DNA of 31,657 bases from a virus (taxonomy: Duplodnaviria; Caudoviricetes): positions 1-31,657 of the IMG/VR virus record IMGVR_UViG_3300028585_000053, one strand, 5' to 3'. Positions 1 to 7,131 of the stretch are shown here, piece after piece (the first letter of the stretch is position 1; the number at the start of each line of letters is the position of its first letter). The notes beneath the pieces are model-generated. The model worked only from the letters and a program-made list of their open reading frames with translations, had not been told where the DNA came from and did not search any database. Position numbers and translations under genes: made by a program.

Positions 1-53
1 TTTTATGGAGTGTATAACGGCGCTTTCGTGAAACGCTTGAGTGCAGAAGCAAC

Positions 54-86
54 AAAAAACCCGCGATGCCGTTGCAGCATGCGGGT
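54..86 (-). terminator. Rho-independent terminator downstream of the tRNA 3' end (host side)
   Basis: Minus strand ACCCGCATGC-TGCAACG-GCATCGCGGGT (stem with one bulge) followed by TTTTTGTT. Confidence 0.7.
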
Positions 87-105
87 CAATGTTGGTGCTA
101 GTGGG

Positions 106-127
106 TGGTGCCTCCGGCCGGAATCGA
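106..127 (-). mobile_element. Prophage attachment core = 3' fragment of a tRNA (T-loop to CCA), possibly tRNA-Leu
   Basis: Minus strand TCGATTCCGGC-CGGAGGC-A-CCA; tRNA similarity stops inside the T-loop, and the 5' T-stem arm expected at 128-133 is absent. Leu is inferred from discriminator A and recalled similarity only. Confidence 0.85.
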
Positions 128-138
128 TGGAGTATAAA

Positions 139-178
139 AATCATGGAGTTACACGAGAGGTGCGTAAAAGCGGCGTAA
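139..178. promoter_or_regulatory. Possible att-arm elements: IHF-like site and tandem GCGTAA repeats
   Basis: AATCATGGAGTTA (139-151) has 1 mismatch to WATCAANNNNTTR; GCGTAA occurs at 162-167 and 173-178. Confidence 0.4.
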
Positions 179-201
179 CTAGCCTAATTCTGCTGAGCAT
201 T

Positions 202-224
202 AAAAAAGCCCGCTAGAGGCGGGC
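202..224 (-). terminator. Rho-independent terminator of the protease locus
   Basis: Minus strand GCCCGC-CTCTA-GCGGGC-TTTTTT, about 20 bp after the stop codons at 244/248. Confidence 0.8.
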
Positions 225-243
225 CTTCTTGTTAAAAATCATC

Positions 244-414
244 TTACTTAACCAGCCGCAGGGCCTTCATCTGCTCTCGCATCGCCTTGGTTGCTTCCGC
301 CAGCATCGTGTTGCTGGTCATTGACTTGCGCAGTTCCGCCGTCATCTCCGAGTTGCTGCGGAACATCGGCTGGGTCTGATCCTTCTGGTTTCTGATCTGC
401 AAGAGGTTGCTCAT
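244..414 (-). CDS. Putative 56-aa Met-rich peptide nested out-of-frame in the protease 3' end
   Basis: GAGGAG Shine-Dalgarno 7 nt before the ATG at 414; translation MSNLLQIRNQKDQTQPMFRSNSEMTAELRKSMTSNTMLAEATKAMREQMKALRLVK; stops just before the terminator; not in the supplied ORF track. Confidence 0.55.
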   Translation of the reverse strand: MSNLLQIRNQKDQTQPMFRSNSEMTAELRKSMTSNTMLAEATKAMREQMKALRLVK

Positions 415-1312
415 CTGGGTTCTCCTCGGGGGTAATCGTAGGTGCTACTGGTGTACAGGTTTCTATAAAGTCGAATACGGCAGGGTTCGACGAATCAGGG
501 CTCATCGTGCCGTCTCGCACGAGATGGCAAAGAATTTTTTCGTTCTGGTCAGGCGCTACAACATTTTTGAACAAGTCACGCGCTTCAGAGCGGTCAATGA
601 CAAATCCATGTGTAGGGTACGCGACGATTAGATTATTGAGCGCACTGCTGTTACTCAAGCTCTTTGCCTTGCTGTCCAGGCGCTCGCCGTAACGTCTAGC
701 AATTTCTAATGCTGCACTCATCTCACCAAGCTTCACAGGGTCCACCTGTGCGAACAATGGCTGGTACAAACCAATAACAAGGTTGCTAGCGATTTCTGAA
801 GCTATCTTGGTGCTAAGGCCACTTCCTGCATTGATGTCTAACAAGTACTCACTGAAAGTGCTCAGTGCTTGTTGCTGAAGGTGCGTCATACCGCGCAAAA
901 TGTCTAAGCCAGAGCTCTGTTGGAAAAGCTCTCCTTCCTTGCGCAACTGGATATCCAGAGGGCCAAGCTCCGCTTGGTTCGCCATCACAAGACGCGTCGC
1001 TCCTATACATATGAGCGTACCCGCACTCTTGCAATATCTAGGAATTACAATCGAAAAATTTTCGGGCTCGTAGTGATGAATTGCAGCTCGCGCAATGCGG
1101 TAGCCAGCATTTGGATCCCCACCAACTGTGCTTAGAACAAGCAGCAGCCTTTTGCCAGTCTTCTTGGACAACGTTTGACAAAAGCGTTCATAACCCGCTC
1201 GTGTGATTTGTCCAGCATAAAAAATCACATCTGTTTCTTGGTCCGCGTAATGCTTTGCACACGCCTCAATCGCGTTAGGTTGTGTCGACAATTTTTGCTC
1301 CGGTCTCAACAT
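248..1312 (-). CDS. SDH-family Clp-fold (SppA/ClpP-like) serine protease, accessory gene
   Basis: Motifs LSTVGGD, CKSAGTLICIGA (catalytic Ser), LGPLDIQ and YPTHGFVID; visibly lower GC than the phage core; own terminator. Confidence 0.85.
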   Translation of the reverse strand: MLRPEQKLSTQPNAIEACAKHYADQETDVIFYAGQITRAGYERFCQTLSKKTGKRLLLVLSTVGGDPNAGYRIARAAIHHYEPENFSIVIPRYCKSAGTLICIGATRLVMANQAELGPLDIQLRKEGELFQQSSGLDILRGMTHLQQQALSTFSEYLLDINAGSGLSTKIASEIASNLVIGLYQPLFAQVDPVKLGEMSAALEIARRYGERLDSKAKSLSNSSALNNLIVAYPTHGFVIDRSEARDLFKNVVAPDQNEKILCHLVRDGTMSPDSSNPAVFDFIETCTPVAPTITPEENPDEQPLADQKPEGSDPADVPQQLGDDGGTAQVNDQQHDAGGSNQGDARADEGPAAG

Positions 1313-1541
1313 ATTTGTTATCTAATAAGCATCGATATGCTAGAGCAAAATTTACAACAAAAGCTATCGAAATGTAACTGCATCGGACATTCCGACCACA
1401 TGTATGTTGTTTCTGTAGGGAAACTTGGAGCGCGTTAGGCTGGTATTATGGCGTGCAAATTCCTGAAAGGGAAGTTATCAAATGTTACTGTTGTAATACA
1501 GTTGAGGCACACTACGCCTTTAACTCTGATCATACAACAAC

Positions 1542-1847
1542 TCAATTTTTATCCTGATAACGCGCTGTCCAGTTGACGATCTCCTTCGCACGGTAGAGTG
1601 CCTGCCCTCTTGCTGAACGGGTCGACGGTAGCCGAATCGCCTTGGGGAAGTCGGGCAAGCAGGCCATGCGCTCGCGCACGACTGACTCGCTCCGCTTAAG
1701 GTACGTCGCGATGGTGGCGATATCCCACAAGTCGATTTCGATTGGCAGCGCGGGCTTGAGCTGCTTTGCCAGCTCGGTCGCCAGCCGTGCGATCAGGTCG
1801 TTGTCGTGATACATAGGCGAGCCTCCTGCATTGATAGCGGTATTCAT
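1542..1847 (-). CDS. Excisionase/AlpA-like winged-HTH DNA-binding protein
   Basis: WDIATIATYLKRS..., DFPKAIRLP...LYRAKEIVNW pattern; last gene of the leftward early operon near att; true start may be the second Met. Confidence 0.7.
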   Translation of the reverse strand: MNTAINAGGSPMYHDNDLIARLATELAKQLKPALPIEIDLWDIATIATYLKRSESVVRERMACLPDFPKAIRLPSTRSARGQALYRAKEIVNWTARYQDKN

Positions 1848-2233
1848 GCGTCCTCTCCTTGGCCGCCGTTGAGCTGGGTAGCGCGTAGGGTGGCGTTTTC
1901 CTCCTGCAGGCGCACCAGTTCAGCGTGTGCCGGAATGCGATCGACTGGCAAGTCTTCCCGTTCACGCAACAGTGCGTTGCGTTTCACCATGTCGGCGTGC
2001 GCAGCCTTCCAATCGGTTAGCGTTGTTACTGGCTGGGTAGCGACAGGGCAGTTCTCCGTATGCCATACCTGGTTGCAGTGGGGGCATGGCGGTAGTGCGC
2101 CGTTCACACTGGCGGTCAGGCTATCGAAGTGCCGCAACAGCGCGCCGCGATAATGTGCCATCGACTGGTAGGAGCTGGCAAAAGCATCGTCCGCCACCAG
2201 GCTGCGTAGAGCCTGCAGTGTCAAGTTGGTCAT
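1844..2233 (-). CDS. Hypothetical phage protein
   Basis: ATGA overlaps with both neighbours; AAAGGA SD; CPHC..H...C motif and a coiled-coil-like C-terminus. Confidence 0.7.
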   Translation of the reverse strand: MTNLTLQALRSLVADDAFASSYQSMAHYRGALLRHFDSLTASVNGALPPCPHCNQVWHTENCPVATQPVTTLTDWKAAHADMVKRNALLREREDLPVDRIPAHAELVRLQEENATLRATQLNGGQGEDA

Positions 2234-2487
2234 GCTGGTGTCCTTTCGGTGTTCAAATGTTTGATCTGGATCTCGCTGCTGTCTAAGCCATCACGTTTGC
2301 CGGCCAGGTAGACAGTCATCGAGATCCGGCCGCCGTCGCGATTCGCAGTCAAGCACGTGATGAATTGGTTCAAGCCTTCATGTACAACGGGCCGGCAGCA
2401 GTGCATGGATTTGAGCAGGAGCATGTGATGCCTGTACCGCTCTGGATCGTTCGGCTGGTCTTGTTCGCCTGGTACCGGGCCGGTCAT
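2230..2487 (-). CDS. Hypothetical phage protein (85 aa, starts MTGPVPG)
   Basis: AAGGAGG SD; ATGA overlap with the upstream stop at 2484. Confidence 0.7.
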   Translation of the reverse strand: MTGPVPGEQDQPNDPERYRHHMLLLKSMHCCRPVVHEGLNQFITCLTANRDGGRISMTVYLAGKRDGLDSSEIQIKHLNTERTPA

Positions 2488-2678
2488 GCCGCCTCCTTGA
2501 TCTGGGCAACCGCGGTGCGCACGCACGTGGCACAGGCGCCGTACTGCGTCAGCTGCTTGGCCGTGACGACCTTGCCACATGCGCACCGGCGACGGCGAAG
2601 CGAGACGGGCGGTGTTGCTGCCGTGCGCTCGCGATACAGGTCGGAGCTGATTCGGCTCGGGGTTCCCCAGCTACTCAT
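2484..2678 (-). CDS. Small Zn-finger-like protein
   Basis: CACG...CATC motif; coupled by ATGA overlaps. Confidence 0.7.
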   Translation of the reverse strand: MSSWGTPSRISSDLYRERTAATPPVSLRRRRCACGKVVTAKQLTQYGACATCVRTAVAQIKEAA

Positions 2679-3094
2679 GCTGCTTTTCCTTCATTCGATT
2701 CAATGTCCGTGACAGCGAAGAACGCTTCTACCTCGGCCACGGCCCGATTGAAACGCTGCAGCGGCAAGCGATGCAGCGCCGCGTCGACATTGGCGGCCAC
2801 CTGGCGCAGGCCTGCGGCCTCCTCGCACTCCACGGTGATCTTCGCGTTTGCCTCGTAGCGATCGCAGATGCGATTCATTAGGACGGTGCCGGGTTCGAGC
2901 AGCTGCTGCCGCATGCCTGCGCGGCTCAGCGCGGCCAGCATCTTCGACATCGTGTTGTACGCGTCGACGCTGGGGCGCGCGGCCAGCACCTCGGCCGCCA
3001 GGCGGATCTCAGTTGCAAGCCGATCGCGGGTCTCGGTCACCATCGGGACGTTGGCCTTGGCCTGGAACGTGGTGGGGCGGTGAAATCTCGGCAT
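2675..3094 (-). CDS. Hypothetical phage protein
   Basis: GAGG SD; in operon; GC-rich third codon positions. Confidence 0.75.
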   Translation of the reverse strand: MPRFHRPTTFQAKANVPMVTETRDRLATEIRLAAEVLAARPSVDAYNTMSKMLAALSRAGMRQQLLEPGTVLMNRICDRYEANAKITVECEEAAGLRQVAANVDAALHRLPLQRFNRAVAEVEAFFAVTDIESNEGKAA

Positions 3095-3108
3095 GGCGGC
3101 CTCGTCGC

Positions 3109-3987
3109 TTACGGCTTGCCGATGAGGACGGTGAAGCCGTTCTCGCGGGCTTGGTCGACGTATGCCTGGAAGGCGTCCTCGATCGCGTTGTCGGCGCGGT
3201 CCAGTTCGTACCAGAACTTGAGCTTGCCGCCGCCGAGGCGATACTTCAGACGGGCGCGGATCTTGTAGCCGTCGCCGTTCTTGAACAAGCGCAGGCCGAT
3301 GGTGAACTCGCGCGGGATCTCGATCGATCCGGTGCCGGCGCGTGCGTCAACGGTCTCGCTGTACGCGAACTGGACTTGGCCATTGTCCAGGCGCTTGTGG
3401 CTGCTGAAGTTCACTTCGGTTTTGGCCTGGAGCGTCAGGGCCACCTGCAGCAGCGTCTCGCCAGAGGGCTCGACCACGTCGGCGATGTTGTCTTCCAGGA
3501 AGATGGCGAAGTCTTCCTGCTCCATCGGCTTCTTGTTGTACTGCAGCCAGTTCGTGAACTCGCGGCTCAGATCGGCCTTGTACACGGCGCGGAAGTCGCG
3601 CCAGCCGGCGCAGTCGTCATCCTTGTCGTGCTCGTTCAGGACAGCCGTCAGCGTTCGTGCATCGGGGTCCGCGTAGATGTAGGTGTCGTACGACTCGCCC
3701 TGGTCGGCGACGTAGACGTTGAAGCTCGACAGGTCACCCAGCTGCACGGTGCCGGTCTTGCGCTTGGGATATTCGCCGGCCTTTTCCAGCGCGGCGGTCA
3801 GGTCGATGTGCTTGAAGCCTTCCGGGATCACCAAGTGCGTGGTGCCGTTGACCTCTTGGATCGCGCTGGCTGCCAGCGACAGGGCGCCGATCTTCGCGAT
3901 CGTGCTGGCGTCGAAGTGGGTTTGCTCGATGGTGCTGGCGATGGTGGCGCCGGCGATGCCGGTCGTATTGTTCTGGTCGTCGTTCAC
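3109..3987 (-). CDS. DUF2303 / YfdQ-like phage protein
   Basis: GTG start after AAGGAAG; motifs AVLNEH, WRDFRAVY, QEDFAIFLEDN and ARLKYRL. Confidence 0.85.
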   Translation of the reverse strand: MNDDQNNTTGIAGATIASTIEQTHFDASTIAKIGALSLAASAIQEVNGTTHLVIPEGFKHIDLTAALEKAGEYPKRKTGTVQLGDLSSFNVYVADQGESYDTYIYADPDARTLTAVLNEHDKDDDCAGWRDFRAVYKADLSREFTNWLQYNKKPMEQEDFAIFLEDNIADVVEPSGETLLQVALTLQAKTEVNFSSHKRLDNGQVQFAYSETVDARAGTGSIEIPREFTIGLRLFKNGDGYKIRARLKYRLGGGKLKFWYELDRADNAIEDAFQAYVDQARENGFTVLIGKP

Positions 3988-3989
3988 GT

Positions 3990-4334
3990 TCAGGCTTCCT
4001 TGAAGGTCTGTGGTTGGGATGGGGTGGCCTCGCGCAGTTCGAGCGAGTGCTGACGCGGGTGATTGCGCGACAGGTTGTTGTCGTCGGTGAGCCAGTAGAA
4101 GTCCTCGCCGCGCTCGGGCTTCGGCAGCTTCACCGCGACGGTGTCGGTGATCGTGACCTTGTCCACATCGGAACCGCGGCCGGCGGGCTTCACCTTGAGC
4201 TTCAAGGTGATCTCTCCGGCCTTGCCGGTTTCCTTGACGGCGGCAAGCACCTCGGCCAGCGTGGTGGACAGCTCGGCGTGTGCGCGGCCGTCGCGCAGGT
4301 CCTGGAGGAAGATGGCGAATGCCTTGGTGCTCAT
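3990..4334 (-). CDS. YfdP-like hypothetical protein (usual partner of DUF2303)
   Basis: ETGKAGEITLKL...KLPKP...FYWLTDDNNLSR pattern; directly upstream of the DUF2303 gene. Confidence 0.75.
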   Translation of the reverse strand: MSTKAFAIFLQDLRDGRAHAELSTTLAEVLAAVKETGKAGEITLKLKVKPAGRGSDVDKVTITDTVAVKLPKPERGEDFYWLTDDNNLSRNHPRQHSLELREATPSQPQTFKEA

Positions 4335-4528
4335 GCCGCCTCCGCGTGCTGCAGGTCGTTGACAGGGACGCGCCAGGGCGCGCCGTCGAGAGTGCCGGTG
4401 ACGCGCACGAAGGCGATGCGAGCGCCGTTACCGATGTCCGTGAGGATCTCGGCGACGGTGCCTTGCTGCGGGCCGGCTTCGCTGTCGAACTTGACAGGCG
4501 AGCCGGGGCCAATGGTCTTGCGGTTCAT
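4331..4528 (-). CDS. Small hypothetical protein (65 aa, possibly SH3/KOW-like)
   Basis: GAAAGGA SD before MNRKTIGPG; ATGA overlap downstream. Confidence 0.65.
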   Translation of the reverse strand: MNRKTIGPGSPVKFDSEAGPQQGTVAEILTDIGNGARIAFVRVTGTLDGAPWRVPVNDLQHAEAA

Positions 4529-4538
4529 GGTGGTCCTT

Positions 4539-5405
4539 TCAGGTGGTGGTGTTATACGAAGCCGCATTCGCGAGCAGCGTGTGCAGGTCGTCGCTGTGGG
4601 CGACCTCGTTTGGTACTTGGAACTTCATCGTGTAGGTGCGATGCGTCTCGCCTGGAAACGGCCATCCCTGCGGCTGCGCATTCGCAATGAGCCAGGCCAC
4701 GATGAATTTGTCCGCCGGCTTGCGCGGGCCGCTGCTGCGCGCAAGCGCTCTCGGCGTGACCTTCTCCTTGCCCTCGGCCTTGGCTTGCTCCAGGCCCTGC
4801 TGGATGACCGCGCCGGCCCTTGAGCCGTGCCGCTTGACCATCTTGAGCGCGGCGGTACCCGAGATCTCCCCAGCGTTCACCGCCTGGTGCACGTCGCTGT
4901 TTGCCTCGGCCAGCTGGATCATGTCCTTGACGTGCTGTACGGACTTGCCTCGGCGGTTCGCGATCTGCGGCTCGGTCCAGCCGAAGCCAATTAGCTTGCG
5001 GTACTGGACGCCGAGCTGCAGCGGCGTGAGCGCCAAGCCCGATGCACTGTTCAGCATGTGCGCCACGCGGTCGGCGTCGTTGCCACGGAAGTGGCGGCAG
5101 TCCAGCGCTTTGATCTCGAAGCCCTCGGCGATCGCCTTGAGCGCCGCAGCGTGGCGGTGGTGGCCATCAACGATCAGGATGTGGCCGTCGTCAACGCGCA
5201 CCTCGAGCGGCGGGAAGGTGGCGCCGTTGCGCATTGCCAGCGACATCTCGGCCACGTGGTCCGGGTTCAGGGGGCGGGCGTTAAAGCCTTCCTCGATCTC
5301 CAGGAGGTGCGGGGCGACGGCGAACGAGGTTACCTTCGACACGTCGTCGCCGTGAATCTTCTTCTCGGCGGCGACCTTGAGGGAAACGAAATCAGGTTTA
5401 GTCAT
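4539..5405 (-). CDS. ParB/Srx-like domain protein with HTH
   Basis: GFNAR, PPLEV...LIVDGHHRHAA and GWTEPQIANRRGKS motifs. Confidence 0.85.
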   Translation of the reverse strand: MTKPDFVSLKVAAEKKIHGDDVSKVTSFAVAPHLLEIEEGFNARPLNPDHVAEMSLAMRNGATFPPLEVRVDDGHILIVDGHHRHAAALKAIAEGFEIKALDCRHFRGNDADRVAHMLNSASGLALTPLQLGVQYRKLIGFGWTEPQIANRRGKSVQHVKDMIQLAEANSDVHQAVNAGEISGTAALKMVKRHGSRAGAVIQQGLEQAKAEGKEKVTPRALARSSGPRKPADKFIVAWLIANAQPQGWPFPGETHRTYTMKFQVPNEVAHSDDLHTLLANAASYNTTT

Positions 5406-5453
5406 TTGTTGTCATCGGCGGCCATGCTGCGCCGCCTGTCCGTTATGAGTGGA

Positions 5454-5702
5454 TTACGCGCGGTAGTTCGATGGCGGGGCGTCACGCATCACGCCGCCGG
5501 TGTCACTCGACGGCATGCTCGGACCTTCGCAAATCATCGCCAGCCGCTGGTGATCGATGTACACCGAGTCGGGGAACTTGCCCTCGGTTGCTTGTGGTTG
5601 CACGCCGAACTGGACGCAGCCGTTGATGTACTCCACCTTCGAGGTCGCGATGCCTTCGAATCCGGTCACCACGTCACGCACTTTCTGTCCCAACTTGACC
5701 AT
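5454..5702 (-). CDS. Conserved small phage protein (MVKLGQKVRDVVTGFEG)
   Basis: TAAGGAG SD before the ATG at 5702. Confidence 0.75.
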   Translation of the reverse strand: MVKLGQKVRDVVTGFEGIATSKVEYINGCVQFGVQPQATEGKFPDSVYIDHQRLAMICEGPSMPSSDTGGVMRDAPPSNYRA

Positions 5703-5712
5703 CAAGGTCTCC

Positions 5713-5907
5713 TTAAAAATCACTTCGATCATTGGCCTGCAGCTTCTTCACATCGATCCGCGCTCGGCGCTGCATGTGCCGGCGGGCGACGGCCTCCAAG
5801 ATGATCTTGAGGGCCGGGTGTTCGAGCATTTCGTCCAGTCGCGCGTCCGTGCGGAGCGTGCGATGCGCAACTTCAAGGGCGGCGCGGTCTGGAGAGATGC
5901 GGTGCAT
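5713..5907 (-). CDS. Hypothetical phage protein
   Basis: AGGAG SD; in operon. Confidence 0.65.
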   Translation of the reverse strand: MHRISPDRAALEVAHRTLRTDARLDEMLEHPALKIILEAVARRHMQRRARIDVKKLQANDRSDF

Positions 5908-5909
5908 GG

Positions 5910-6008
5910 TCAGCTCCTGGACCAGCGGTGCCGGCGCGCTAAGCTCACGGCCTGGAGGCGTGGCTTGCCGATGAATCGGTAGTAGCGGTAGAGGGCAATG
6001 AAGCTCAT
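5910..6008 (-). CDS. Small basic/aromatic 32-aa peptide
   Basis: MSFIALYRYYRFIGKPRLQAVSLARRHRWSRS; exactly fills the gap between neighbours. Confidence 0.5.
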   Translation of the reverse strand: MSFIALYRYYRFIGKPRLQAVSLARRHRWSRS

Positions 6009-6009
6009 G

Positions 6010-6249
6010 TCACGCGGCTCTGAGGATCGTCAGTTGCGGCATTGGCTCGTTGCGCTGCGGCGAAGGCCCGTCGTCGCCGAACAGGCCCCAGAGCATGGCG
6101 TCCAGCTCGTGATCGCCGAGCGACTCCATGCAGCCGGAGAGCCGCGCAACGAAGACAGCGAGGCGAAGATCGGTACTGGCTGGCGCATCCTTGCTCGCCT
6201 GCTTGGCGCAGCCAATGACCGCGTCGCGGAGGGACTGGATCGAGATCAT
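6010..6249 (-). CDS. Hypothetical protein (79 aa, starts MISIQSL)
   Basis: ATGA overlap with the upstream stop at 6246. Confidence 0.65.
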   Translation of the reverse strand: MISIQSLRDAVIGCAKQASKDAPASTDLRLAVFVARLSGCMESLGDHELDAMLWGLFGDDGPSPQRNEPMPQLTILRAA

Positions 6250-6506
6250 TGGTCGACCTTGCGCTGCGCGTTCTGCCAGATGGCACGGCCTTCGTTGACG
6301 CCGGCATGAAAGGCGTCGAACTCGGCCGAGCCTGGCTGGTAGTTGCAGATCAGCGTTGACAGGCTTGCCCGGCTGATGAGCAGTGCGCGAACACCCTGCT
6401 TGTATGCGTCGCTGCGGCAATCCCGTTGGCGGTCGAAAGCTGCGCGAACTAGTCGATCGACGATTTCATTGGCGCCGTTTGAAAGTGGAGTAGACGCGGC
6501 AGCCAT
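6246..6506 (-). CDS. Hypothetical protein (86 aa, starts MAAASTP)
   Basis: GAGGTG SD; TGATG coupling; RSDAYKQG...YQPGSAEFDAFHAG pattern seen in phage early genes. Confidence 0.7.
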   Translation of the reverse strand: MAAASTPLSNGANEIVDRLVRAAFDRQRDCRSDAYKQGVRALLISRASLSTLICNYQPGSAEFDAFHAGVNEGRAIWQNAQRKVDQ

Positions 6507-6655
6507 CAGAACACCTCGCCCTTGACGGTGATGCCGCAAGGGACGTTTGCAAACTCAGTTGCAGCGCGCTCGGCCGCCTCGGCGGCCGATGCGGCTGGGA
6601 TGATGCAGGGGTGGTCTGCGTGAGTAGTGCGGACGACGACTCGGTAGATTTTCAT
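6506..6655 (-). CDS. First gene of the PL operon (49 aa)
   Basis: AGGGAG SD; MKIYRVVVRTTHADHPCIIPAASAAEAAERAATEFANVPCGITVKGEVF; TGATG coupling to the next gene. Confidence 0.65.
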   Translation of the reverse strand: MKIYRVVVRTTHADHPCIIPAASAAEAAERAATEFANVPCGITVKGEVF

Positions 6656-6680
6656 GTGCGCTCCCTATGCAAGAGAACGC

Positions 6681-6721
6681 ATTATTACATACGTATTTGA
6701 TTAGCTCAATACATTAGTAAT
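6681..6721 (-). promoter_or_regulatory. PL promoter with two CI operators (OL)
   Basis: -35 TTGAGC (6704-6709), 17 bp, -10 AATAAT (6681-6686); operators ATTACATACGTATT (6684-6697) and AATACATTAGTAAT (6708-6721). Confidence 0.8.
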
Positions 6722-6734
6722 AAAAATAGTCGTG

Positions 6735-6759
6735 AAAAAGGCTGCGTGATTGCAGCCTT
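6735..6759 (-). terminator. Terminator of the cI operon
   Basis: Minus strand AAGGCTGC-AATCAC-GCAGCCTTTTT. Confidence 0.75.
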
Positions 6760-6771
6760 AGTTTGAGCGGG

Positions 6772-7131
6772 TCAGGTGAGTGACTTATCTCGTTTGACCT
6801 TTTCTTCTGCGCATACATCGTTGACCAGCGCGCGGATATGCTGCTTTCTGGGCAGCTGCCGAGCGAACACAACGCCTTGCCGATCTCGCATCTCCAAATA
6901 CCGTACTTTGCAGTTGACTACAGCAAGATGCCCTGTTCGTTCTGCACCCTTTGGGCCACCCGTGAACAGTGGGAACGAACGCAGGTCAACGTTCTCGCGC
7001 AGTTCGGAAGGAAGGTAGCAGAAATGCTTACGCGTATTGGCTTCTTCCCGACACTCTAGCTTGGCTGCTAGCGTGGGAAATGCAGCAACGGCAGCAGTGA
7101 AACATAGGCATAGTCGAAATATTTTCATCAT
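6772..7131 (-). CDS. Putative secreted/periplasmic protein co-transcribed with cI
   Basis: ATGA overlap with the cI stop; signal-peptide-like N-terminus MMKIFRLCLCFTAAVAAFPTLA; four Cys in the mature part. Confidence 0.75.
   Translation of the reverse strand: MMKIFRLCLCFTAAVAAFPTLAAKLECREEANTRKHFCYLPSELRENVDLRSFPLFTGGPKGAERTGHLAVVNCKVRYLEMRDRQGVVFARQLPRKQHIRALVNDVCAEEKVKRDKSLT

Noticed and set aside
5-149. ATGGAGT at 5, 127 and 143
   Set aside because: Short, irregularly spaced and on both sides of att; cannot be distinguished from chance
106-190. Intact tRNA gene
   Set aside because: Only the last 22 nt are tRNA-like; there is no 5' T-stem arm, anticodon arm or D arm
10-216. 68-aa ORF spanning att
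   Set aside because: Crosses the att core and terminators; no recognisable protein features
2848-4053. 401-aa plus-strand ORF
   Set aside because: Antisense shadow of GC-rich DUF2303 coding sequence
3988-4512. N-terminal extension of the DUF2303 ORF to 467 aa
   Set aside because: Overlaps two better-supported genes; Arg/Pro-rich off-frame composition; an SD supports the GTG at 3987
5417-5436. GGCGGC/GCCGCC hairpin upstream of the ParB-like gene
   Set aside because: No U tract; not supportable as a terminator
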